In this document: in pieces, positions 1-12,300 of the stretch
Position numbering within the stretch: position 1 is the first letter of the stretch
Layout: every line of letters begins with the position of its first letter
DNA from: Phoronis australis
Taxonomy: Eukaryota > Animalia > Phoronida
Reading direction: 5' to 3'
Length of the DNA stretch: 64,000 bases
Assembly (NCBI GenBank): GCA_002633005.1
Contig: NMRA01000570.1
Location: 62,001 to 126,000, forward strand
Made by a program: the position numbers and the translations under genes
The notes under the pieces: generated by a model
Databases searched by the model: none
The model's input: only the letters and a program-made list of their open reading frames with translations
What the model was told of the DNA's origin: nothing

Positions 1-312
1 GTCCACCATTCCTGGGTGGTGGAGACGGAACACCAAGCATCTGGCAGTGGTAGTTGACGGCCAGATATTTCACCACGCCAGGACAAGGGTCTCCAAATAT
101 ATGGTTGGTGGCTACCACAGTGCAGGATGTTTGATCCTGACAACGCTCTCTGACGATTTGTAACGATGACGGGCTTCTGCAATTGGTGTTGCTGTAAGTC
201 CCACACTTGTCGCGCTCTGTGCGCCCATAGTTGGCCATGGTAACCCGTATCACGTGACCTTGGCTGCAACTGAGAGTGACGGGCTTATTCTCACATGCTG
301 ATGCACTGGTAT
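1..312 (-). CDS. SUEL lectin exon 3 (runs off window)
   Basis: ACENKPVTLSCSQGHVIRVTMANYGRTERDKC...FGDPCPGVVKYLAVNYHCQMLGVPSPPPRNGG; tttacag acceptor. Confidence 0.9.
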
Positions 313-3300
313 CTGTAAATCAACATAGGTAAAAATTTCTGTTTAATAAATATTTACTGACCAATCTGTTAATACTTATCATGAGTAAAACTTTAATGAG
401 TCTGAATTAAAAGTACAGAGGAGATTTAAAAAGTCTAAGTTCTCTGAATAACTTTCCGACGTCTATCGAAAAATCGGGTGACCGACGAATAAAGAACGTA
501 CGAGAATTTTACAAAAATTAATAGCGTATTATCAAAAATCAAATTTGTCAGAAAGTAAGTGTAAACTGAGCAATGCAGCCCAGAGGGTATGAATATTATT
601 TTCGCCAACAACAACTCTATTGATCATTTAAATATGTTTTGCCGGGGAGTAGTCTAACGAAAGTTAATCAATCCAAAGCTGACTGTCCCAATGATTGCTG
701 CCAAATTACACCATGTAAGTATGAGATTCCAGAAGGTTCTTTCAGATCAGTTGAGTATAATATGCAAGGAGGGTGCCACGGAATGCAAAACGTTTGTTTT
801 ATATGACCAAATGTGGGGAACATACGACCGTCGTTATGAGCGTGTATTACGACCGCTTTTTTAAATTGCAAAGGTTTTAAAATTATTTTAGAATGACTGT
901 TCTTTAATTGATTCATGACCGTTTCTTTAAACAGTTTGACAAACCATAAATCACAAAGTCCAACCCTTACAATGAAAGCAAGGCGGTAAGCAGGCGCCAC
1001 AACACAAAAACTCATACCGCACAATATGTTAATTAGTGCAGTAACGATGTCATGTGTGCTAACGGTGCGTGGGTATAGTCGTAGTCTGACTTCTGTGGTA
1101 AGACATGTGTGCGTGGTAGGATTTTTGTGGCATGTAACTAAGGAAGGTAAGGATGTCCTATCAAGGGAAATTAAGTTAGGAGTTCGGACAGAAATTGTCT
1201 GGTACATTGTTTTCGCCCGGCATGGATTTTTCTCCATCGTAAAGCCGAATGTTGTAGAACGTCAGAACAGTCAGACAGTCCCGCCAATGGGCACTTATGT
1301 ACCTGCCTCTGCTCGAAGTAGCTCAATGTTTCACGGTATTGGCATCAATTGTATAGGAAATCAAAAAAAAAACAATATTTTCAAATCATTTAACGAAAGT
1401 TTTTGGAAAATTCGCCGAGAGGAAGTTAACGGTACTTTTTCAAATTCCCGCAATTCAAGTAGTTTTTTTAATGAAACTTTGTCGAAAAGAGGTTAATGGT
1501 ACTTTTCATTGATTCCCTAACTTCAAGTAGTTGAAGGAAGCTACTTTTTACGTACCTGGCTGGCTTGTGGGCTCTGGACTTGTCACCGGTGATGTTGGCC
1601 TAGAAGGTGTCGGAGGTGGCGAAGTTGGTGTCTCCGTCGTTTGGCAATAGTACTCAACAACCAAATACTTCATCACGCCATGACATGGGTCTCCAAATAT
1701 ACGGTTGTTGGCTGGCACGGTACACGATGATTGATCTTGACAACGTTCCCTGACGATTTGTAACGATTTAGATTCTCTACAATTGGTGTTGCTGTAAGAC
1801 CCACACTTGTCACGCTCTGTGCGCCCATAGTTGGCCATGGTAACCCGTATCACGTGACCTTGGCTGCAGCTAAGGGTGACAGAGCGGTACTCACAAGCTA
1901 ATGCACTGGTAACTGTAAGTCAATAAAGGAAAAAAGTTTAAATATTTATCTAAAAAATAGGTAAATATGCATACATATATAAGTGACCTTTTCTTTTGTG
2001 AAAACCAAACTGAAGCTGTAGTTCTGTTTTTAAAAAGTCTTGTTTTGTTCATGGCCCCTCATGGGCGGCTCGGCACTGAAAAAAGTGGGAAGCTACAGCC
2101 CCCCCCCCAGCCCCCTGTGGTTCACCGCCCCCTGTGGTTCACCGCCCATAGACCATTTGCGGTGCAGCACTGACAAAAGTGGGAGCTATAGCCCCCAGCC
2201 CCCTATTGTGCGCCGCCCATGCCATTGTTCCCTGCTTGGTGAAAAGAAGCGTAAACAGTAAATATTCGTATGGGCAAATTTTCATTCTTTCATTGTTTAA
2301 TTGTCGCCCACGATGAATTTCATTGTTTGCCACGAGGCTCCAGTCATTCTGGAGCACTTTGTGACCAAATACACTGTTGATTGAGTTACACATTATTGTC
2401 AAAAATATATAGTAGGTCAACTTTGGTAACACGAATGCACGTAAGATGGGGAAGATAAAAGTACAAGGCACAAGCCTATCTAGAATGACCATTCTATTAA
2501 CCTTGTCATGGGTAAACTTTTAATGAATCTAAGTTAAAATTACAGAAGTGTTTAAAAGTCTAGTGTTAATTTTTTCAATAACTTTCCGACGTTTATGAAA
2601 ACTCTGGTGACTGACGAAGAAAGTACGAGAATTTTATAAAAATTATAAAAATTGTCAAAAAGCAAACTAAGGTGATTTATCAGAAAGTGAGTGTAAATTA
2701 GCAACGCAGCCCACAGGCTCTAAACATTATTTGCGCCAACTAAACTCTATTGATCATTTAATTGCGTTGTGGAAATATTCGGACGAATGTTACTCAGTCC
2801 AAAACGGAGTGTTCGAATAGCTGCTGCCAAGTCGATATAAACGAAATTGCAAAGGCACTTTGTGATCAGGTGAGTATAAGACGCAGGGATGGTACCAACG
2901 GATGCAGAACGTTTAATTTATGTGACCAAATCGAGGAAAGATTACGAGCGCATTTTACTATAGTTATTTAATTTACGAAGTAACGTACTTAAATTATTTA
3001 GAATGTTCTTAAATTGAATTGCAGCCCTATCTTTACCCAGTGTTGCTAATCATTTACCAAAAAGCGGGGTCCTTGCCATGAAAGCGGGGTGGTAATCAGG
3101 CACCACACCACTGTTGCCGTACACCACAATCGCACAATATGTTGATTGGTGCAGTAACGATGTCATGTGTGTTGACAGTGCGTGGGTATAGTCGCACTCT
3201 GATTTCCGTGGTAACAAGTATGTGTGCGTGGTGGGATTTTTTACGGCATGTAACTTGGTAAGGTTCCGTCCTGGTTGGTGATCAAAAATCCCGGGAAATC

Positions 3301-6300
3301 AAGCTGTCTACTGAGTACATTGTTTTTGCCCGGCATGGATTTTTCTCCATCGTAAAGCCGAATGCTGTAGAAAGTTGGAACATTCCCGCCAATGAACACA
3401 TCTGTATCTGTCTCTGTTCGAAGTGGCCCAATGTTTCACTGTCATGGCATAAACTGTATAGGAAATCAGAAAAAAACAATATTTGCAAATCATTAAACGA
3501 AAGTTTTTGGAAAATTCGCCAAGAGGAAGACAATGGTACTTTTTTAAATTCCAACACTTCAAAAAGTTTTTATCGCGAAACTTCGCCGAGAAGAAGTTAG
3601 TGGTACTTTTTATTAATTACCGCACTTCAAGTAGTTGAAGGAAGATGCTTTTCACGTACCTGGCTGGCTCGTGGGTTCTGGACTTGTCACCGGTGGTGTT
3701 GGCTCAGAAGGTGTTGGAGGGGGCAAAGTTGGTGTATCAGTCGTTTGGCAATAGTACTCAACTGCCAAATACTTCACCACGCCAGGACATGGGTCTCCAA
3801 ATATGCGGTTGCTGGCTGGCACGGTACACGATGACTGATCATGACAGCGTTCCTTTACGATTTTTAACGATGTCGGGCTTCTGCAATTGGTGTTGAGGTA
3901 AGTCCCACATTTGTCGCGCACTGTGCGCCCATAGTTGGCCGTCGTAACCCGTATTACGTGACCTTGGCTGCAGGTGAGGGTGACGGGCTTATCCTCACAC
4001 GCTGATACGTCGGTGACTGCAAATGATACGAAGAAAACAGAAACATTTTCGCGGTTCCGTGTGTACAGTTTGGCAACGTTCTTTCATGTCGGCAAAATCG
4101 TTGAAGGCATGACCGAAATTTGGTTTACTTTGTCACTGTAAAACACTGATACTTGAATAAATTTAATAACTAGATAAGTAATTCAGATCAACGCTGTATC
4201 GCATATCAAGTAATTTTCTCGCGAAAAATACTTTTGAACCCGGTATCAGCCTTGTTTTGGTGTTTAAAGCATCAGCTTTCATTTAAAGCTACGTCATCGC
4301 ATTTTTGCTCATTGTTCGAATTTTTAACGTGAGTAAGAAAGAACAAAATGAGTTGATTTTTTGTCATCGAGTGGCCTAAGTCAAAAGTTGTTTTTGCCAG
4401 AAGTCGCGGGTACAAATCCCCTGTAAATATTCATCTACTTAAGTGTTTAGATGTAACACAACTAAAGTACATTACATCTGAAATGATCTATGATTGGTTA
4501 AACTCATGTCTATAAATTGTGCATAAACTTGGGCATACTTTTACCTTTCCAAGGACACCAGTTCTGACTAGTCAGCGATCGTAGATAGCGCCCCTCATCC
4601 TCTGTGTTCCCCTCATACAAGTCACTCAGATCATGGTATGTTTCTTTGCGGTCCTCTTCCGCATCTGAACGATGAAACAATCGTCGCAGTGAATTATGTT
4701 GTCGCCTAAGCGATGGTAGAGTTTGACTGCAAACAGCTCCCAGTATGCAGACTTTTTCACGAATGACTTCAATAGGCGTAGAAATGCTTTTGTAGGTGGG
4801 GAGGGTGAAACAAGAGTGCGGGTGACCTCCCCGTCGACTCCAGATTCACCCCCGCAATCACCCAATTTCACTGCGAGGTCAACACTTCGTTTACTCTCCT
4901 CTCTCCCTGTCCACCAAGTTTTACCTCCACCAACATCCCCTCTGTGGACAATAGTTATGCACCCGACAATTTTACCTTCCTTTCCCTCTTTTGTCTCTTT
5001 AGCAGGGTCGTAGGAAGGTAAACATTTGGGGGGAGGCAAAATCTAATTCGACTTCTCCAAATTTTTTTGCCCCTGTGACTCCAAAGTTAAATTCCTCCCA
5101 ATTGCCACCACTTCAACTACACTAGCTTCCTCTGATCGTCCCTAATTTAGCACCCACCTCGCCATCCAAGCCAGCAGACTTGCTGTTTAGGGGGCAAGCT
5201 TCGTAAAGGCAGCCACCAGAAACTTGGGTACCCACGAATCAACAACATTTCACGAGAAAGGGTCGCATGTTACGTGGTTACCCGTTTAGAGTGTGATTTT
5301 GGTTTTTCTGGATATCTTTTAGGAATTTAATTTTATTACGGTATTTTGGCACGAGTTGCATTACCAAAATTATTCATTGGGGCTATAGAAGTAGAGCGCA
5401 AAAAATCCCATCGGTGGACTGCGCAGAAATTCGGAGAAGTACAGCAATATACTTCTAATTTTCACTTGGTAAAAATTCACTTTATTAGAAGGGAGGGCGC
5501 TGTTCTGGGTCCCTGGCCATACTACCTTAGATGCCGGTTCAAAATCGCTTGTTGAAAATGGATGTCCGAATATCTAGAGCTTACACTCCGGTGGTGGACA
5601 AATGAAATTGAACTGTCATCATCCTGTCCCAAAATTCACCGAAACACCAATTTCTTAGAGGGTTATTTCAGAGTGGCAAAAATAGCCTACTGTGTTTTAC
5701 TGTCTGGGATAGGATGACAGAGAATTTAGCTTGCATCAAAGTTCACTGAAGAATCATTCATTTCTTACTTGCTTAGCTTACAAAACTGAAACACTCGTCT
5801 ATGAATCAATTGATTTTCGTAGATACATAAACATGTAAATCTGAACCCGTGCGGCTTACCAAAAGAAAATTATACCCTGATAGGCCAACACAATTTCAGA
5901 ACAAAAGGCGCACACAACGCGCGATTTAAGTTAACTGTAGGACGCAAAATGTACCTTAAGCTACATAGACATGGGTGAATGTTATTCGCAAAAGGTTGCT
6001 ATGCCGATTAAATATTTTCATTTATTTGACACAGCTACCGAAGCTAGAACATTCACTTATATAAAACGCGTGTAGTTAAACATAATTAAACCAAATGTTT
6101 AAGTTTTGTGGATCAAAATCGACATTTTCGCTACCACCTGTGCAACAACCGTCGTAACGCGCTTGAAAAAGTTGTTTGTCGAGTTCGGTTAAGCCCGTCA
6201 GAGTATTTGGTCACGACCGGGTGGTGAAAATTCTGCATTCCAAACTGCACTGTGGCTGAGTTTCAGAAAATTACTTTTCTCGCCAATGACGTGTACGTCA

Positions 6301-9300
6301 ATATTATGACACGATTTGTACCCGCAAACAGTTATAGGAATTCACGTCACATTTTCAAAAATTTTGCAGGTCATGGATTTTTCGTCTGATTCAGATAACC
6401 ACGGCGGCAATTCAGCATTTGAAATTTTTACAGAATTATGTGTTTAGATAAATCAGTGTGCTCCCACAGCGGGTGCACCCATTGTTGAGTGGTATTAAGA
6501 TTTACCGGCTCCATAGCAAGGTGAAGTGCTTAATAATTTACAGTCTGGTCTAATTTTTATTATTGTCTTCTGATTTTGGTATTTGATTTTATTTGACTGG
6601 GCCTAAAACATCCAAATGACCTCATACTAAACAAGCGAATAAGAGATTGACCCTAGGCTCTAGATTTTAAAAGAGCTACAGGATATGTACACAGCTTTGG
6701 CGTTCCGCCTAAACTGTTCCAGTTTAATGCATACAGAAAAAATGCTCACCGAGTGTAGCGTAATAAAACTTGAAACCTGTGCTAACTCCACTGCCATCGC
6801 TTACGAAGCGCACGAGCATGTCACCGTCAGTAATCAAGTTGATATCTCCTTGGACACCACAGAATTTGCCCAATGATTGAGTGCCAGACGTCGACACGGA
6901 GAAGATCTCGACGTAGTCGGCGCCACAGTTGGGGAAAACTTGGAGATGGAAAAATTCACTGGTCAGAACAGTTTTCTAGAAAAAAATATGAAATTTAAGT
7001 CACATTTCATAAAACAGGCACCAGTTTCCTGACGAAAAGTTGCTTTCCCTAGCAAAGTTCTTTCTGATAAATCTAAGGCCCTACAAAGGGTTCACATTAG
7101 GAGTTCGAAACTATACAAGTCCACCGAAGGTTATCAATATTATCCATATTTTAAAAAAATAAATGTGTAAAATAGCTCATTTAAACAACATGGTATGTCT
7201 TGTTGTACTGCTTGGGGTTTTATGGGTTAGAAATTCAGCTGTCTAAATATCCTTATGAAATGGCTAATTTTATGGAATTAACCCCTGCAAAAGGGTGATA
7301 ATTTTACAAATCTTACTTTTTCATGAAAGCTCTTAATTGATCCCTTGTTCAAATAAACTCTCTAAATGGATGGGTATCTCAATATTCCAACTACACCCTC
7401 CGTCAAAATATATATTCGAGTACTCCCACGAGCAAAATGGCTACATGTGCACGTCGGACGCGATGTAGCGACGAAGCTACGCCACCTTTTGTCGTGTCAA
7501 GCGCAAAATATTCGTCGCCATCAGGGATTCCAAGGGACCAACTGCATGTTTCAGAAAAAAAGAGAAGAATTACAAATGGTATTGAAGTTAGTGTGTAAGT
7601 TGCGANTCACCGCCCATAGACCATTTGCGGTGCAGCACTGACAAAAGTGGGAGCTATAGCCCCCAGCCCCCTATGGTGCGCCGCCCATGCCATTGTTCCC
7701 TGCTTGGTGAAAAGAAGCGTAAACCGTAAATATTCGTATGGGCAAATTTTCATTCTTTCTTTGTTTAATTGTCGCCCACGATGAATTTCATTGTTTGCCA
7801 CGAGGCTCCAGTCATTCTAGAGCACTTTGTGACCAAATACGCTGTTGATTGAGTTACACATTATTGTCAAAAATATATAGCAGGTCAACTTTGGTAACAC
7901 GAATGCACGTAAGATGGGGAAGATGAAAGTACAAGGCACAAGCCTATCTAGAATGACCATTCTATTAACCTTGTCATGGGTAAACTTTTAATGAATCTAA
8001 GTTAAAATTACAGAAGTGTTTAAAAGTCTAGTGTTAATTTTTTCAATAACTTTCCGACGTTTATGAAAACTCTGGTGACTGACGAAGAAAGTACGAGAAT
8101 TTTATGAAAATTATAAAAATTGTCAAAAAGCAAACTAAGGTGATTTATCAGAAAGTGAGAGAGTGTAAATTAGCAACGCAGCCCACAGGCTCTAAACATT
8201 ATTTGCGCCAACTAAACTCTATTGATCATTTATTGCGTTGTGGAAATATTCTGACGAATGTTACTCAGTCCAAAACGGAGTGTTCGAATAGCTGCTGCCA
8301 AGTCGATATAAACGAAATTGCAAAGGCACTTTGTGATCAGGTGAGTATAAGACGCAGGGATGGTACCAACGGATGCAGAACGTTTAATTTATATGACCAA
8401 ATCGAGGAAAGATTACGAGCGCATTTTACTATAGTTATTTAATTTACGAAGTAACGTACTTAAATTATTTAGAATGTTCTTAAATTGAATTGCAGCCCTA
8501 TCTTTACCCAGTGTTGCTAATCTAATCATTTACCAAAAAGCGGGGTCCTTGCCATGAAAGCGGGGTGGTAATCAGGCACCACGCCACTGTTGCCATACAC
8601 CACAATCGCACAATATGTTGATTGGTGCAGTAACGTGTGGTGACAGTGCGTGGGTATAGTCGCAGTCTGATTTCCGTGGTAAGAAGTATGTGTGCGTGGT
8701 GGGATTTTTTACGGCATGTAACTTGGTAAGGTTCCGTCCTGGTTGGTGATCAAAAATCCCGGAAAATCAAGCTGTCTACTGAGTACATTGTTTTTCCCCG
8801 GCATGGATTTTTCTCCATCGTAAAGCCGAATGCGGTAGAATGTTGGAACATTCCCGCCAAACAATGAACACATCTGCATCTGTCTCTGTTCGAAGTGGCC
8901 CAATGTTTCACTGTCGTGGCATAAACTGTATAGGAAATCAGAAAAAAAAAAGATTTGTAAATCACTAAACGAAAGTTTTTGGAAAATACGATAAAAGGAA
9001 GATAATGGTACTTTTTTAAATTCCCACACTTCAAAAAGTTTTTATCGGGAACCTTCGCCGAGAAGAAGTTAGTGGTACTTTTTATTAATCCTCGCACTTC
9101 AAGTAGTTGAAGGAAGATGCTTTTCACGTACCTGGCTGGCTCGTGGGTTCTGGACTTGTCACCGGTGATGTTGGCCTAGAAGGTGTCGGAGGTGGCGAAG
9201 TTGGTGTATCCGTCGTTTGGCAATAGTACTCAACAGCCAAATACTTCACCACGCCAGGACATGGGTCTCCAAATATACGGTTGCTGGCTGGCACGGTACA

Positions 9301-12300
9301 CGATGACTGATCATGACAGCGTTCCTTTACGATTTGTAACGATGTCGGGCTTCTGCAATTGGTGTTGAGGTAAGTCCCACATTTGTCGCGCACTGTGCGC
9401 CCATAGTTGGCCGTGGTAACCCGTATTACGTGACCTTGGCTGCAGGTGAGGGTGACGGGCTTATCCTCACACGCTGATACGTCGGTGACTGCAAATAAAA
9501 CGAAGAAAACAGAAACATTTTCGTGTTTCCGTGTGTACAGTTTGGCAACGTTCTTTCATGTCGGCAAAATCGTTGAAGGCATGGCCGAAATTTGGCTTAC
9601 TTTGTCACTGCAAAACACTGATAGTTGAATAAATTTAATAACTAGTAAGTAGGGCCTAATTCAGATCAACGCTGTATCGCATATCAAGTAATTTTCTCGC
9701 AAAAAATACTTTTGAGCCCGGTATCAGCCTTGTTTTGGTGTTTAAAGCATCAACTTTCATCCAAAGCTACGTCATCGCATTTTTACTCATTGTTCGAATT
9801 TTTAACTTGAGTAAGAAAGAACAAAATGAGTTGATTTTTTATCATCGAGTGGCCTAAGTCAAAAGTTGTTTTTGCCAGAAGTCGCGGGTTCAAATCCCCT
9901 GTAAATATTTATCTACTTAAATGTTTAGATGTAACACAACTTAAATGCATTACGCCTGAAATGATCTACGATAGGTTAAACTCATGTCTACAAATTGTGC
10001 ACAAACTTGGGCATACTTTTACCATTCCAAGGACACCAGTTCTGACTAGTCAGCGATCGTAGATAGCGCCCCTCATCCTCTGTGTTCCCCTCATACAAGT
10101 CACTCAGATCACGGTATGTTTCTTTGCGGTCCTCTTCCGCATCTGAACGATAAAACAATCGTCGCAGTGAATTATGTTGTCGAGGTAGAGTTTGACTGAA
10201 AACAGCTCCAAGTACTCGGACTTTTTTCACGAATGACTTCAATAGGCGTAGAAATGCTTTTGTAGGTGGGGAGGGTGAAACAAGCGTGCGAGTGACCTCC
10301 CCGTCGACTCCAGTTTCACCTCCGCAATCTCCCAGTTTCACTGCGAGGTCAACACCTCGTTTACTCTCCTCTCTCCCAGTCTACCTAGTTTTACCTCCAT
10401 CAACATCCCCTCTGTGGACAACAGTTATGCACCCGACAACAATTTTACCTTGCTTTCCCTCTTTTGTCTCTTTAGCAGGGTTGTAGGAAGGTAAACATTA
10501 TGGGGGGGGGGGGCAAAATTCAATTCGACTTCGCCAAAATTTTGCCCCTGTGATTCCAAAGTTAAATTTCTCCCAATTGCCACCACTTCAACTACACTAG
10601 CTTCCTCTGGTCGTCCCTAATTTAGCACCCACCTCGCCATCCAAGCCAGCAGACTTGCTGTTTAGGGGGCAAGCTTCGTAAAGGCAGCCACCAGAAACTT
10701 GGGTACCCACGAATCAACAGCATTTCGCGAGAAAGGGTCGCATGTTACGTGGTTACCCGTTTAGAGTGTGATTTTGGTTTTTCTGGATATCTTTTAGGAA
10801 TTTAATTTCATTACGGTATTTTGCCACGAGTTGCATTACCAAAATTATTCATTGGGGCTATAGAAGTAGAGCGCAAAAAATCCCATCGGTGGACTGCGCA
10901 GAAATTCGGAGAAGTACAGCAATATACTTCTAATTTTCACTTGGTAAAAATTCACTTTATTAGAATCATGCATTGAAGGGAGGGCGCTGTTCTGGGTCCC
11001 TGGCCATACTACCTTAGATGCCGGTTCAAAATCGCTTGTTGAAAATGGGTGTCCGAATATCTAGAGCTTACACTCCGGTGGTGGACAAATGAAATTGAAC
11101 TGTCATCATCCTGTCCCAAAATTCACCGAAACACCAATTTCTTAGAGGGTTATTTCAGAGAGGCAAAAATAGCCTACTGTGTTTTACTGTCTGGGATAGG
11201 ATGACAGAGAATTTAGCTTGCATCAAAGTTCACTGAAGAATCATTCATTTCTTACTTGCTTAGCTTACAAAACTGAAACACTCGTCTATGAATCAATTGA
11301 TTTTCGTAGATACATAAACATGTAAATCTGAACCCGTGCGGCTTACCAAAAGAAAATTATACCCTGATAGGCCAACACAATTTCAGAACAAAAGGCGCAC
11401 ACAACGCGCGATTTAAGTTAACTGTAGGACGCAAAATGTACCTTAAGCTACATAGACATGGGTGAATGTTATTCGCAAAAGGTTGCTATGCCGATTAAAT
11501 ATTTTCATTTATTTGACACAGCTACCGAAGCTAGAACATTCACTTATATAAAACGCGTGTAGTTAAACATAATTAAACCAAATGTTTAAGTTTTGTGGAT
11601 CAAAATCGACATTTTCGCTACCACCTGTGCAACAACCGTCGTAACGCGCTTGAAAAAGTTGTTTGTCGAGTTCGGTTAAGCCCGTCAGAGTATTTGGTCA
11701 CGACCGGGTGGTGAAAATTCTGCATTCCAAACTGCACTGTGGCTGAGTTTCAGAAAATTACTTTTCTCGCCAATGACGTGTACGTCAATATTATGACACG
11801 ATTTGTACCCGCAAACAGTTATAGGAATTCACGTCACATTTTCAAAAATTTTGCAGGTCATGGATTTTTCGTCTGATTCAGATAACCACGGCGGCAATTC
11901 AGCATTTGAAATTTTTACAGAATTATGTGTTTAGATAAATCAGTGTGCTCCCACAGCGGGTGCACCCATTGTTGAGTGGTATTAAGATTTACCGGCTCCA
12001 TAGCAAGGTGAAGTGCTTAATAATTTACAGTCTGGTCTAATTTTTATTATTGTCTTCTGATTTTGGTATTTGATTTTATTTGACTGGGCCTAAAACATCC
12101 AAATGACCTCATACTAAACAAGCGAATAAGAGATTGACCCTAGGCTCTAGATTTTAAAAGAGCTACAGGATATGTACACAGCTTTGGCGTTCCGCCTAAA
12201 CTGTTCCAGTTTAATGCATACAGAAAAAATGCTCACCGAGTGTAGCGTAATAAAACTTGAAACCTGTGCTAACTCCACTGCCATCGCTTACGAAGCGCAC

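Noticed and set aside
668-1496. ORFs of 189 aa (-) and 156 aa (+)
   Set aside because: Inside a lectin intron; the homologous intron copies do not preserve the frames; no domain motifs.
6685-6876. Plus-strand 63-aa ORF (repeated at 12172-12363)
   Set aside because: Antisense shadow of the CUB2 exon.
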